A stretch of DNA of 53,510 nt from the NCBI GenBank assembly GCA_905331295.1, contig CAJNYD010000009.1:1-53510 (forward strand), given 5' to 3'. Positions 32,013 to 43,737 of the stretch are shown here, one piece after another. The DNA comes from Rotaria socialis (lineage: Eukaryota). The position numbers and the translations under genes were made by a program. Below the pieces are notes generated by a model, which saw only the letters and a program-made list of their open reading frames with translations, was not told the DNA's origin and made no database searches. Position 1 is the first letter of the stretch, and each line of letters starts with the position of its first letter.

Positions 32013-33120
32013 AACTAGATGGTATTCGAGTTTCACTCGACTACGAAATGCGGTGCGAAGCACACGAGCCGAATTTTCGAAAGTAGCGAGAATAAGATTT
32101 AAATAAATGCGAAAACCTCGGATTTAAATCCGAGTGTTATGTGTACTTCAAAGAGTGAAAAGGTATATTCACTTTTTTTTTCTATAAGACATAGATCTCA
32201 TCAAGATAATCCCTTGTCACTAAATTGCAAGGAGAAAATACAAACGTGCTAAGTTAGCATGGACCACACTGTACGCGACCATATCCGGTGACCACTGACT
32301 CTACTCTCCGAGTGATATAATATCTTTAGAAATCGCAGAAATTAAGTTCAGATTCGTGTTTAGCTTGGAAAACTGGGCAAGAAGAGTTATTTTTGAATGG
32401 ATTTGCGCTTGTAGCTAGCGGGATTACGATCNGTCAATAATGACAATTTTTTCGATAACTCAACCATTTCTTGGCGGATCCTTCTCATCTTCGAACTCAA
32501 TTGAGACATTAATGAGGTTGAACTGTGTAGAAAATTTCATCATGATCTAACTCTCCTTTCGAGGGCTATCGTTTAAACGGACGGACGACCGGACGGACAC
32601 ACTGACCGATTCTAGAGTGTACTCACTTTTTTGAGTACACAAAAATAAATGATTCGCTTTAAGATTCATTACAAACGTTTAATTTTTTTTAATTTCCGTA
32701 TACGAATTTTGAATAAAAATTTCGCATTCACTATTCTTAAATGGATCATTTTAAATTTCATCACTAGGAGATCTTTTTGAAAATGTAACAACCAGTTTTC
32801 TAACGATATTTTTCATTGAACGATTAATTATTTTCATGAATCATTATCTTGAATGAGATGTAAAACAATAGACTATTGGTTAACAACTATTGATGACGTC
32901 ATTTTAATTAGCGCGAAACTATCAAACAATAAAACCTTTCAAAACCTTCATTTTTGAATCATATTTTTGGGCGAACGAAATTTAGTATTGTAAATCGGAA
33001 GAAAGATGTAATAAGTTCGACCTCCATAGTTTCATATCTAGTTTGAATGGATTCTCTATCATTTACGCTTCTCTAGATCATCGCGTCACTTAATAAGAAC
33101 TTTTTATGCGTACTCAAGTT
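32013..33120 (-). mobile_element. Helentron-like element family B, copy 1 (interrupted by a family A element, one end missing)
   Basis: Starts AACTAGATGGTATTCGAGTTTCACTCGACTACGAAATGCGGTGCGAAGC, matching the sequence at 33134. Region 32820-33120 aligns by eye with 33319-33610. Confidence 0.65.
32100..32645 (-). mobile_element. Helentron-associated / DINE-1-like non-autonomous element (family A), nested
   Basis: Terminal hairpin GTGTACTCA-CTTTTT-TGAGTACAC (32617-32640), (ACGG)n microsatellite 32577-32598, subTIR TGTGTACT/AGTACACA (32140/32634), palindrome CTCGGATTTAAATCCGAG (32117-32134), T-rich ends on the minus strand. N at 32432. Confidence 0.75.
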
Positions 33121-33133
33121 TGAAAGAAAGAAA

Positions 33134-33687
33134 AACTAGATGGTATTCAAGTTTCGCTCGAATACGAAATGCGATGCGAAGCTTGAATCGGATCTTTATG
33201 AAAAATCTACAATTCAGAGAAATCTTGAATACTTTTTATGTCGACATGATGAAATTCATCACTGAGAAAACTCTATTCTTACTTAGCGATACATTCTTAA
33301 AGATCGATTTCGTTTGATCGATTAATTATCTCCATGATTCATTATCTTAGATCAGCTGTAAATCAATAGACTATAGTGGCTAACATATGTTCATGACGTC
33401 ACTTTAATTATCTCTCCATAAATTTCTTTCATTTTCGTCATTTTGGAACCGCATTTGTGGGGAAACAAAACGTCCGATGAAAAATTAGAAAAAATATTTC
33501 TCAAGTTCGATCTCGATACTTCGATCTCACGTTTCAACGAGTTTTCTACGATTTATGGTTCTGGAGACCGTCGCGACACAAGATGACGACTTGTGATGCG
33601 TACGTCAAGTGAGTAAAAAATAATAAAAAAATAAAAAAAACTCGCGACGGACTACATAAATGCTTCTGCTTCGCATCGCATTAAAAA
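33134..33687 (-). mobile_element. Helentron-like element family B, copy 2 (apparently complete)
   Basis: Perfect 15-bp asymmetric subTIRs AATGCGATGCGAAGC (33168-33182) / GCTTCGCATCGCATT (33668-33682), a hairpin GTATTCAAG...CTCGAATAC next to the first subTIR, and A/T-run flanks. Confidence 0.7.
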
Positions 33688-35354
33688 TTATGATAATTAA
33701 TCTTTTTCTCTTTTCCAGCTTGGTTTTCAACTGAATATATTGAAGATAAAAATAAAGTACAGAATGTGAAAAGTTTTGCAAAGAAATTACACATATTATC
33801 AGCTAAAAAAATTGTTTGAGCGGGATTATTTTTAACTTTGAAGAGTCTATTTTGAATATGATTAGAATTTTAATGATCTACTTACTTAGATATATCTTTG
33901 TAATATGATAAAGTATAAATATATCCTTATCCAATTGTGGTTGCATGAAATATGGTTTGCTATATCTTTTTTCACGTATAAAAAAATATATTATGGTGTT
34001 CGAGAAAAAAATCTCTAATCAAATAATAATCCTGATAATCAGCGAATGAACTTGATTATATCGTAGTTCAACTAAGGTCTTTAAATTGTATATTGGATTC
34101 AGAGCCTTTTTATATGAGATTTCTCTAATGAAAATACGAACGTCTTTTTTCACCTTTTCTTCCCATATTATTTGCCTCACTTAATTTGTTTCTTAAATGT
34201 CAATTATAGTCTTTTTTCTTACTACCTGCTTATGATCATGAAACAAAAGCGGCTAAATATAGAAAGAATGATGATTCGTTGTATCTATCGTTCCCGCAGC
34301 AATAACCAGCGATAATTTAGAGAAGAGTCACCAGTTTTCAATGAATTCTCATGTATCAAATTAAATATAGGAAAAAATCATAAGAAAGTTATTGTAGAGG
34401 GTTGCACTGACCCTTAAAAATGATTGTTGAAAAGTTTGATGAATTATACATATACATGTCATGGTCATTCTTTGGTATCGTAGTTTTGCTAAGCGTTTAA
34501 TGTCTTGCAATTTTACTATTGTTTCCTTTAGTCGCTGAATAATTAAAAAAAATTTAAGTATCAAACAGTTTCCCTTCATGTCAATAAAAAGACATGTTGT
34601 TTAAGTTGTATTCAAATGTTACAATGCAACATAATACATAGAAGAACATAGTCGGGCCCGTTAATTAGTCGTAATTGTATACGTCATATCGACCGAGTGA
34701 TTATTCTATGACATCAATATGTTATTTAAAAATAACCAAACTATTTTCACCAAATTAAAATGTACTGATGAGTTTTATGAAGCACAAATGTGTATTTAAA
34801 AACTATTGGACTATAAAAACAAATCGTGAAAGTGTTTATGCTATGTACGCAGTTGTGATCGCCGACTATTTTGGTGCGAAAGTTTCATCAAAATTTCCAA
34901 AATGCTCAATTAAGTTCTTTTTTCACAAATGTACGTGAATTATTATTTTCACGGAAAACAATATTTCCAATGACGCGTCTATTTATTCAATGACATTGGC
35001 TACGTTTGATTTGTTGCTTTTTTTTCTTTTAAAGGAATCATCTGTATTGCGTTCTCTACATGAAACTAGAAACGAAATATGACGACACATTTTTTATTTA
35101 CTCTGTTCGTTCTGCATTCTACAACATGCTTGGTATTGCTAACTGCCGCCGTAAATGGGAGGCAAACATATTAGTTTAATGACGATATTTCTTTGTGTAT
35201 TATTCATTTGTTTTCATGTTATTTCACAACCTATGTCGCATGATTATATTTCATGTATATATACGTGTTTTATAATTGTGAACGAGTATATTGCAAACAT
35301 ATTACAAGCTTCACGCAAACGTCAATTTACTAAACAAGGATTAATACATATATA

Positions 35355-38300
35355 ATGACAGAACCATCGGGAACTTTTGTTTGTCCAATCACTCATGAAC
35401 TTATGGTAGACCCAGTCATTGATCCTGATGGTAATAGCTATGAGCGACGTGCTATTGAAGATTGGCTTCGTCAAACGGGTACATCACCGATTACACGTGC
35501 TCCCCTCTTAGCATCTGATCTTCGTCCAAATCGTGCACTAAAAGCAGCTATCGATGAATATCGCCATTCAATTGACTCTAAAAATCAGCTCACTACATTG
35601 TCTTTGACAGAACCAAAACCTTATGAATTGACAGCCAATGGAAACTATGTTGACGGTTTTGTTCATATTTCAATTCAACCACCATCGGATACAAATCGTT
35701 CTCCATGTGATATCTGTTGCGTAGTAGACACATCAGGTTCAATGGCTGTACAAAGTGAAATTCAAAACGAGACTAATGAAAAGTTTGGTCTGTCCCGATT
35801 AGATTTAGTCAAACATGCAATAAAAACAATTGTACATTCACTTCAACCACAAGATCGTTTATCACTTGTATCATTTGCAAACAGTGCTACAGTTCTATTT
35901 CAATTAACAAATATGAGCCCAGATGGCAAATCAAGTGCTTTAGCCGCTTTAGAGAGATTAGAAGTATGTGATTTTTTAAAAGCAAACTCTAAATAATTCT
36001 TTATTTCAAGATCAACAGTATACTTGATATCGTTACAACTATAAGTTGCTCAAACTTTTTCGTAGCTAATTTGACTATTGAATAGAAGCATGTTGCAAAT
36101 CTTTTGAGAATTTTTCACAAGAAAAATAAGTGTCTTCATGAGCAAACAAATCTAGGCTAATAATTTTAAAGAAGTATTATATTTATGTAATTCATTATTA
36201 ATACGCTAGAAAAATATCAAACATTGAAATGAACTATCTCTAATGAAAAATAAGTATATTTCTCTTGAAAATTACTTTAGACATTGCAAATGTAATTCTA
36301 TCTCATTTCCACTTAATATCTGTTATTTTCACAGTAATTTGTGTTTAGATTATTATATTTTTATTCTTATTCAGGATAATGGTCAAACAAATTTATGGGA
36401 TGGTCTTCGGGCTGGTCTTGAAATTTTATTGAAAGGTCAAAGAGCTGTTGGAAGTAATACGGCTCTTTTTCTTCTTACTGATGGTTGTCCGAATGTTGAA
36501 CCCCCACGTGGTCATATACCAACACTTGAAAAATTGAAGCAAAAAACCAATTTTACATCTATGATTAATACGTTTGGTTTCGGCTACGATTTGGACAGTC
36601 ATCTACTCGAAGAAATTGCCATGCTAGGGAATTCAGGTTCATATGCATTTATTCCTGATGGATCATTTGTAGGAACAATTTTTGTTAATGCTATGACTAC
36701 ATTATTGGCGACAGCGGCTACGAATGTGCAGGTAATGATTATCATGTAAATTAATCGAATCTGTTCTTGAGACAAATACATTTTTTTCTTCATATCATTA
36801 ATGACGTAGAAACTATTTGTGTATGTAGTTTTGCCAAATACTACTGAAAAGAAAACGTGCCTCCGCACAATAGATGTAGGATTATGAGATGAATCACATG
36901 ATAAATATAATTCATATTCTCACGAATAGTACGAACTGTCTGTGTGTGCTTTTGTCCATGATAGATTGCCCGTACGTTGATCACAGTCTGTGAGATGACA
37001 TGCGAGAGGATTCACAATTTCATACTATACATACTCCAGCATTTCTTATCAGTTCTATTGCATAGGATAATGATACAACTATTAGAAGAAACTTTCTTTT
37101 ATTCAATGAGGAAACAATACTTCTATCTTGATCTTGAGTTGAGACACAAGTTCGCTGATGAATAAGTCAATTTATAGTATCAATGAAAGTCAAATTTATC
37201 ATTTTCATCTTTTCCCAGATACACGTTCATGGTCCACGAATTGAACCATCTGATTATACACGTTGGTATACAACAGCAGTCACTGATCAAAATACAGTAT
37301 TTGATTTGGGCTTAATCACATATGGCCAAAGCAAAGACTTACTTATTCCTATTTCTTCCGAGTCATTATCGGAATACGAATTTTCTGTAATTTACAATAC
37401 ATTACAAGAACCAAAGAGATCAATAAAAATAAAAATAAATACAAATCCTGAACAAAATGATATTCGTCGTTTTGTTCAACAGAAATTTCGTCTTGAATTG
37501 GTTCATTGTGTGCGAACGGTCTTACAAGCAAGGCGCCAACAACCAAATGAAGATTCTGCAGTAGCGATGAGTCAAATTAAAGAATTGGAAGAGAAAATGA
37601 GACAATATTCAGGTGGAACTGATGCATTTGTCAAAGATTTACTAGCAGATTTAACCGGACAAGTACAAGAGGCTCTTACAAACAAAGATTGGTTTACAAA
37701 ATGGGGTGTACACTTTTTACCTAGTTTAACTCGTAAGTCGATTAAAACAATCAGAAACCAGTTTTTTTTACAAAATCAAAAATATATCTGAAGATTTAAA
37801 AAGATTATTTATTGGTTAACTTTTTCTTATAGGCGCACATCTTCTGCAATATTGCAACAACTTTAAAGATCCAGGTGTTCAACACTATGGATGTGGTACC
37901 CTTTTTTCGACGATACGCGATGAAATGGACACTATATTCTGTTCTTTACCGGCTCCAAAACCTTCACAACAAACTGGTGCCACAATAAATATGACAGTCT
38001 TTCATAATGCTGATGGTGGATGTTTTCATGGCGGATGTCTAGTGCGTTTAATGAATGGAACTACTAAATTAATCAAAGATGTTCAACCCGGCGATAGAAT
38101 GGCACCACATGGAGGAATGGTCAATTATGTTGTTAAAACAAAATGTCAAAATAAAACAGCAAAAATGGTTGTAGTAAGTATCATACTAATCGATTTGTGA
38201 TTTTATTTTGCAAAGAAGAACATAATATAAATTCGGCATGTGTTTTTTTTTCGTATTCTAGATTGACAATGGTCTTATTATTACTGCTTGGCATCCGATT

Positions 38301-38642
38301 CGTCTCGGTCAACAATGGGTAATGCCTTGTTCACTTGTCTCGGCACCTACTGAAATTTCTTGCGAAGAAGTTTATAATTTTGCTCTTGATCAAGGTCACA
38401 CTGTAGTTGTCAACGATATTGAATGCGTTACATTAGGTCATGGGTTCAAAGAGGATGTAGTGCGACATAATTATTATGGTACGCAACGCGTAATTGATGA
38501 TTTACGTCAACTCGATTTTGAACAACATAATTCAGGAATAATTGAAGTTACTGAAGAAGTACTAATACGCAACAAACACTCTGGTTTAGTTACTGGTTTA
38601 CGCTTGATTGAAGCACAGCATCAATCACAAATAATTGTTTAG
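35355..38642 (+). CDS. U-box + vWA + Vwaint + Vint (Hint) protein; exons 35355-35963, 36375-36731, 37219-37732, 37833-38173, 38262-38642 (733 aa)
   Basis: U-box FVCPITHELMVDPV..DGNSYERRAIEDWL...SPITR..L..SDLRPNRALK. vWA MIDAS DTSGS / GQT / LLTDG. Vwaint [30 protein letters not shown]. Hint GG-CFHGGCLVRL, ITAWHPI, VYNF...CVTLGH. The five exons sum to 2202 nt with an open frame. Confidence 0.92.
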
Positions 38643-40092
38643 TGAACAAACAAAACAAAGCAATAATATTTATTTTTATATTTTTATGAATACAGTTTTT
38701 TTCTAATAAATTTGCCTTGATTTATAATATAAATGATGAGTATTGATTGAAAATATTAAATATAATATGTACCATTATATGTGTCTCTCAGTATTGCAAA
38801 GACAAGAGTTTTCTTTTTGTTGAATTACAAAACGATGGAAACAAACAGACAGACAAAATCGATACTTTCTAAAAATTCTAAAAAAGCTCTAGCTAATTAC
38901 AAACGGTTAGAAAGATAAGTTTATTCTAATACTTCACTTTACAGTAACTTTCACGGATGTATTATTTGTATGTACTCATGGTTTTTCGATTAACTTGAAT
39001 ATACTTCTACGTTTACTCAAAATTTGATTAATATGCAACGATAGTTTTTGAATTTATCTTATGACGACACCTTTCTACATAGAAAGGTCATTATATGTAT
39101 GATCTGTGTATTCAAGAGCTGAAGGATCGATGCGAGTATCAGTGGCTGATATTGAAGAGCAAACAAAACATCCAGGCGCATCGTTAGTTCTCTTGATATG
39201 TGAGTATCGATTTATGGATGATCGTGTTTCATAAAATTCGCTGAAGAAATCTCAAGTCTACGTAGGAATATCAATCAGACAAATGTTCGCCGGACTCTAA
39301 GTTTTGAAATTCGAAACGAAAGTTATGGATATTCATCAAATAGGAAAAAGTACATACGCAGGTAAAGACATTTAAAAGTATGCTCAGAGTTATAAAAAAC
39401 AACTTCTTTATATTTCTTTGATGAAATTTTGCCTTCAAGCGCCACCTCTTCCGTAATTGTCCCAATGGGTGAAAAAGACCAATCAAATGACAAAGAAAAC
39501 TACTGAAAAACAAAGATTTTCCAAAAACGTTTTCATCTCGCTACGACAGAATGAATTTCAATGTAAATATAATAAAAAAAAGCCTTTCGTTAAAGTTAAG
39601 TTAGTTCGAACCTCATATATTTATAAGGTTGCAATCGATGGACAACTAACAGCCTTTGCCATATATTATTATTGCATACGAATACAATTAATTGTACTAG
39701 TGATAAACAATTTCATTAACTTATAAGATCTTTGTTTTTTTTAATTAGATTTTAATAGATTATTTGTAAAGCTTATAATAATAATGAAGTTAATTTTAGA
39801 TTTTTTTAATAGGACATTAGAGAAATCTAAAATATCTACAAAGAGACTTTCACGATTGATTCACTCGTTGCAAAATTGCGTGATTTGTGTTTTTGAACAA
39901 TTCATATTTTGTAAATGTCAATTCTAAGAGATGAGCAATTAGTTTTACCTTGAAACATATAGGCATATGCAAGTTTATGTTACGTAGGAAAAGATTATAC
40001 CTGAATTAGTATTCCAATTTTATTTTAATCTTGACAAAAATTTATTAAATTTTGAACTGAAACGATTTATTTATTTTTCAAGATAATATAAG

Positions 40093-40761
40093 ATGGAACG
40101 TGCAACAAAGAATCATGTACCATTGAATGAAATCGAAGGGATTGCATCAACTAATGTTCCAGCATATTCGAACAGGAACAGTAGTATATTTAACATAGGG
40201 CGTCATTTCGTTCATGGAATTTATACTGGTTATAAATGGCAATGTGTGGAATTCGCTCGCCGATGGTTATTAATGCGTAAAAGTTGTATATTTCGAGAGG
40301 TTCCTGCAGCTTGTAATATTTGGAGTGATGTACCACATATCGAACGAATTACTGACGGAAAACAATTTCCTTTACGTCCGATTGCTAATGGTACTGAAGA
40401 ACCCCCTAAAAAGGATTCAATACTAATTTATCGTCGCAGTCTAGCGATGCCTTTTGGACATGTTGCTATCATAACTGATGTTGTACCGGGTTATGTTCAT
40501 ATTGCTGAACAGAATAATTTATATAATTACTGGCCCGGTGATTATGCTCGCCGAGAACCATTACGATTTGAAAATGGTCTTTATTATATTGATGATCAAC
40601 ATAAAATTTATGGTTGGATGGAAATTCAATGTAATGATCAATTACATCTATTTGATGAAGTGAATAAAGACAAAATTCTTCAGCAATACATTTATCAGGA
40701 ACCAATTGGACTATTGCGACGCTTATTCTGTTCAAAGAAGAATAAAGATTCGGGTAGATGA
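40093..40761 (+). CDS. Stand-alone CHAP-family cysteine amidase, glutathionylspermidine/trypanothione amidase-like (222 aa)
   Basis: GIYTGYKWQCVEFARRWL (catalytic Cys), FGHVAII (His), IAEQN (Glu), YGWM. No ATP-grasp synthetase domain follows. A splice acceptor just upstream could add an exon. Confidence 0.88.
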   Translation: MERATKNHVPLNEIEGIASTNVPAYSNRNSSIFNIGRHFVHGIYTGYKWQCVEFARRWLLMRKSCIFREVPAACNIWSDVPHIERITDGKQFPLRPIANGTEEPPKKDSILIYRRSLAMPFGHVAIITDVVPGYVHIAEQNNLYNYWPGDYARREPLRFENGLYYIDDQHKIYGWMEIQCNDQLHLFDEVNKDKILQQYIYQEPIGLLRRLFCSKKNKDSGR

Positions 40762-41703
40762 ATGATGAAGAGTATTTGTATTTCTTCTAATTCTTAACTA
40801 TGACCAATGTTTATGTTTTATTTGTTTTTAAAAAAAGTAATTTACTTAAAACCTTCAACACATTTGTTTTAAAAATAGAATGGTGATCATTATTCACATG
40901 AAATATAATTTCATATTTTGGTACGAATTTTTCAATAATTATTGATGGGATTTTATTGTTATTGAAGCCTGTCGAATTGAAATACGGTCAACAAGAAATT
41001 TACCTGGTGGACAACAATCAAACATGTGTTGCGAGTGAAACTATCTCAGATTTTGTGAGAACAATTATTTTCTATCAGAGTTGTGTCATTCATCTTTCTT
41101 ATAAGCATTCATCTATTGTTTCTTTTCATTGGTATAGATACACTCACGTTAACTCAGTTGTACATGACAGTCATAAATATTCGGATGTCTATTTTTTAAG
41201 TTTTGTTTTTCAATCAGTCATCATTTAAAGAGTTTATGAAAAGAGATTGATCAATTATTATGTATAGAGCGCTGTGAAGAAATTCAAAAACTATACGTAA
41301 CTAAGTCAAACCAAATAATAAAACTAGTAATTATCTAATTTCACTATAAAAAAAATGACATGCTTATTAAAGTTTGAATTCGAGCTAGGCTTATAAATTG
41401 CATTGCAATTTTTGATAGATATTATATCATTACTCGATATTTATAATTGAAAAATATTCTACCGATCTCTCTGAATTGAAAATGTTCCAAGGATTATTTT
41501 GCAGACCGATCGACATATTTTTGTGTCAAGATGACTGAGAGATATAAAGCACATTTTACAAGGATCAATACATCCTGAGGTTTTTGAAAGATATTTTTGC
41601 AAGTGTACCAATCTCATATCGATGAATAAAATCGGTCGATCTAGATTGTGAGCCATTATAAATAATTTGATTTTATAATCTTTCACAAACAGTTCATAGT
41701 TAT

Positions 41704-43737
41704 TAAAAGATATTTTTTTCACACTTATTCGATAATTTTAATTGTGTGTCATATCTACAACAACAAACAGCATCGTGAAGATAGACACGGTTTGTTCTTT
41801 TTTCTTAATTCCATTAAACGCCCACTTGGCACATTCATGTTTAATACCTATAAGAAGCAGAGAAAACTTCGCTATATAAATATTAAATAATTATAAAATA
41901 CTTTTTTCGGTCGTTCAATTTCACTACTCATCCATAAGTGTATCCAAAAGTCAGATTGAGAATCTAAGCGATATGTAAAACTATTGTTTTTTCTCAAGCG
42001 CTTCGTTTTTTCTGTAAACCATTTATGTAGATCACTTTCTGTTGATAACTCTTTGGTATTATCTGAATCGTTCGTAATATGAAAGGATCCACTTGATAAA
42101 TGCATTAATCGATCGATTAAATAGAACATTTGTAACAAACTAGTGATTCTGATTGTTAAGCGTTCTACATACGGGAAAACAGTGGATAGATCATAGTCTT
42201 CTTTTTTACATGAATATATAAATTCTGACAAATCCAATATACGAATCTGTGCTAGTGAATCACTATCAGAAAGTTCTAGCAGAGAAAAACTAAAATCGAT
42301 TTTCAAATGATATAGACGAATCATCGATGTTTTAATGATTCGCAGAAGTTTTTTCAACGACCATGATATTGACTTCACACATAAAAATTCCACTTTAGAA
42401 AGATCTAATATATTTTCATCAATCTTCGTTATCGATAATATCAATCTTTGAACGTTTGTGTATTGATAAGATGATTTTTCGTTCGCATCAAGTTCCAATT
42501 CATTTATTTGATTATAATAAGTAAAATATTGTGCGGCAGGAAGTGTGGTTGAATGAGGCGAAATTGATAATAAAGAATGTTTTATTGTATGCGGCGCAAA
42601 ACGAGGAATAGTATAGAGAATAAAATCATTGATATCATAAGTTACATACCATGCGGGATTTCGATTGAGCCAAAATGAACTGCGAAATTGAGTAAGAATA
42701 TTTTCTGTGTGGTAATTATTACGATCAATATTTATTATCTTAAATTTGAAATTAAATGCAAAAAGAAGTGGTAAATATTTTTGAATGAATAACTCCCATT
42801 GATTTCCTTCTAATAGATTGCTACTTCCACCAGAAATAACGTTCAATTCAAGCTGTTGAAGATAAGGCATACGTGAAAGAAATCGTTCAAATAGAAGACG
42901 TGAAATAGTTCTAGCTAGAAAGAAAAAAACAGCATAACAGAAGTTAGAATGGAGACTTTTTTTCTATGTAATCAATTCAAAGATTTTAAAGAAAATATGT
43001 TTCAACTTACTGAATGTATGAATGGATATAGTTAGGTTATTAATAATAAGAGGAACTTCTTGGTGTTGTTCGGCAAAGTAATCGATACCAGTACAATCCG
43101 AAATAATCAATGAAATATTAAGTGAAGTAAGCTTAGGAGCCGAGCGAAGAATTTGACGTAATTGATTGTATGAACAATAAGGTAAAGTAAGATTACGTAA
43201 ATAAAAAAATGAAATAGCACAAAGTGAATTTTCTTGATTATAATCATGGTCGGAAAATTTATTTACTATTAGTCGTTTGAGTTTAGGAATTGTTTCAATC
43301 ATCCACAGATGAGATAATGTATCTGTTTCAAAATAATTCAGATATTTTAGCTGGTGAATATTGGTAAAAGATGTACGATTACCATTTTCTATATCAGATA
43401 ATCTAATTGCACGAAGATTAATAAATTCCTCAATAGGAAATAGTGAGAAATAGACTTTTGATTGACATGGAGTTTCATTATCATCAGACAAAATGAGTGA
43501 CGTAATTTGATTCGATCGAATAGAACAACAAACCAAATCGAAGAGACGTTTTAAGATCGATTTGAAATTCACATGATAATTATGATAAGTTAAGATAATA
43601 CTATTTATATAAGCGCTACTATCAAGAAAGGAATAAAGAATATCGTGAGCCCAAAAATAGTCAAAAATAGTATAAATTATCTCTTTAGGTAATGAATCAA
43701 GAATAAATATAGGCTGCTTGGCAGGTGGAAGAATCAT
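41704..43737 (-). CDS. Divergent F-box-like / LRR protein; exons 43737-43011, 42914-~41902, 41847-~41704 (last junction and frame uncertain)
   Basis: LDSLPKEIIYTIFDYFWAHDILYSF F-box-like start, ITSLILSDDNETP, LRNLTL/LTSLNI repeats, GNQWELFIQKYLPLL, FRSSFW, LYTIP. Exons 1 and 2 join in phase 1. Confidence 0.8.

Noticed and set aside
34648..34869. Possible ~220-bp MITE (ATAGTCGG...CCGACTAT), with a partly similar motif near 12071
   Set aside because: Only 8 bp of terminal complementarity; insufficient without a genome-wide search.
38021..38642. Hedgehog gene or mobile intein
   Set aside because: No Hedge signalling domain or signal peptide, no homing endonuclease, and no terminal His-Asn plus nucleophile; the upstream Vwaint motif points to the Vint class.
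39090..39730. Short ORFs between Vint and the amidase as extra components of the system
   Set aside because: No recognisable motifs; the sequence looks like repeat remnants.
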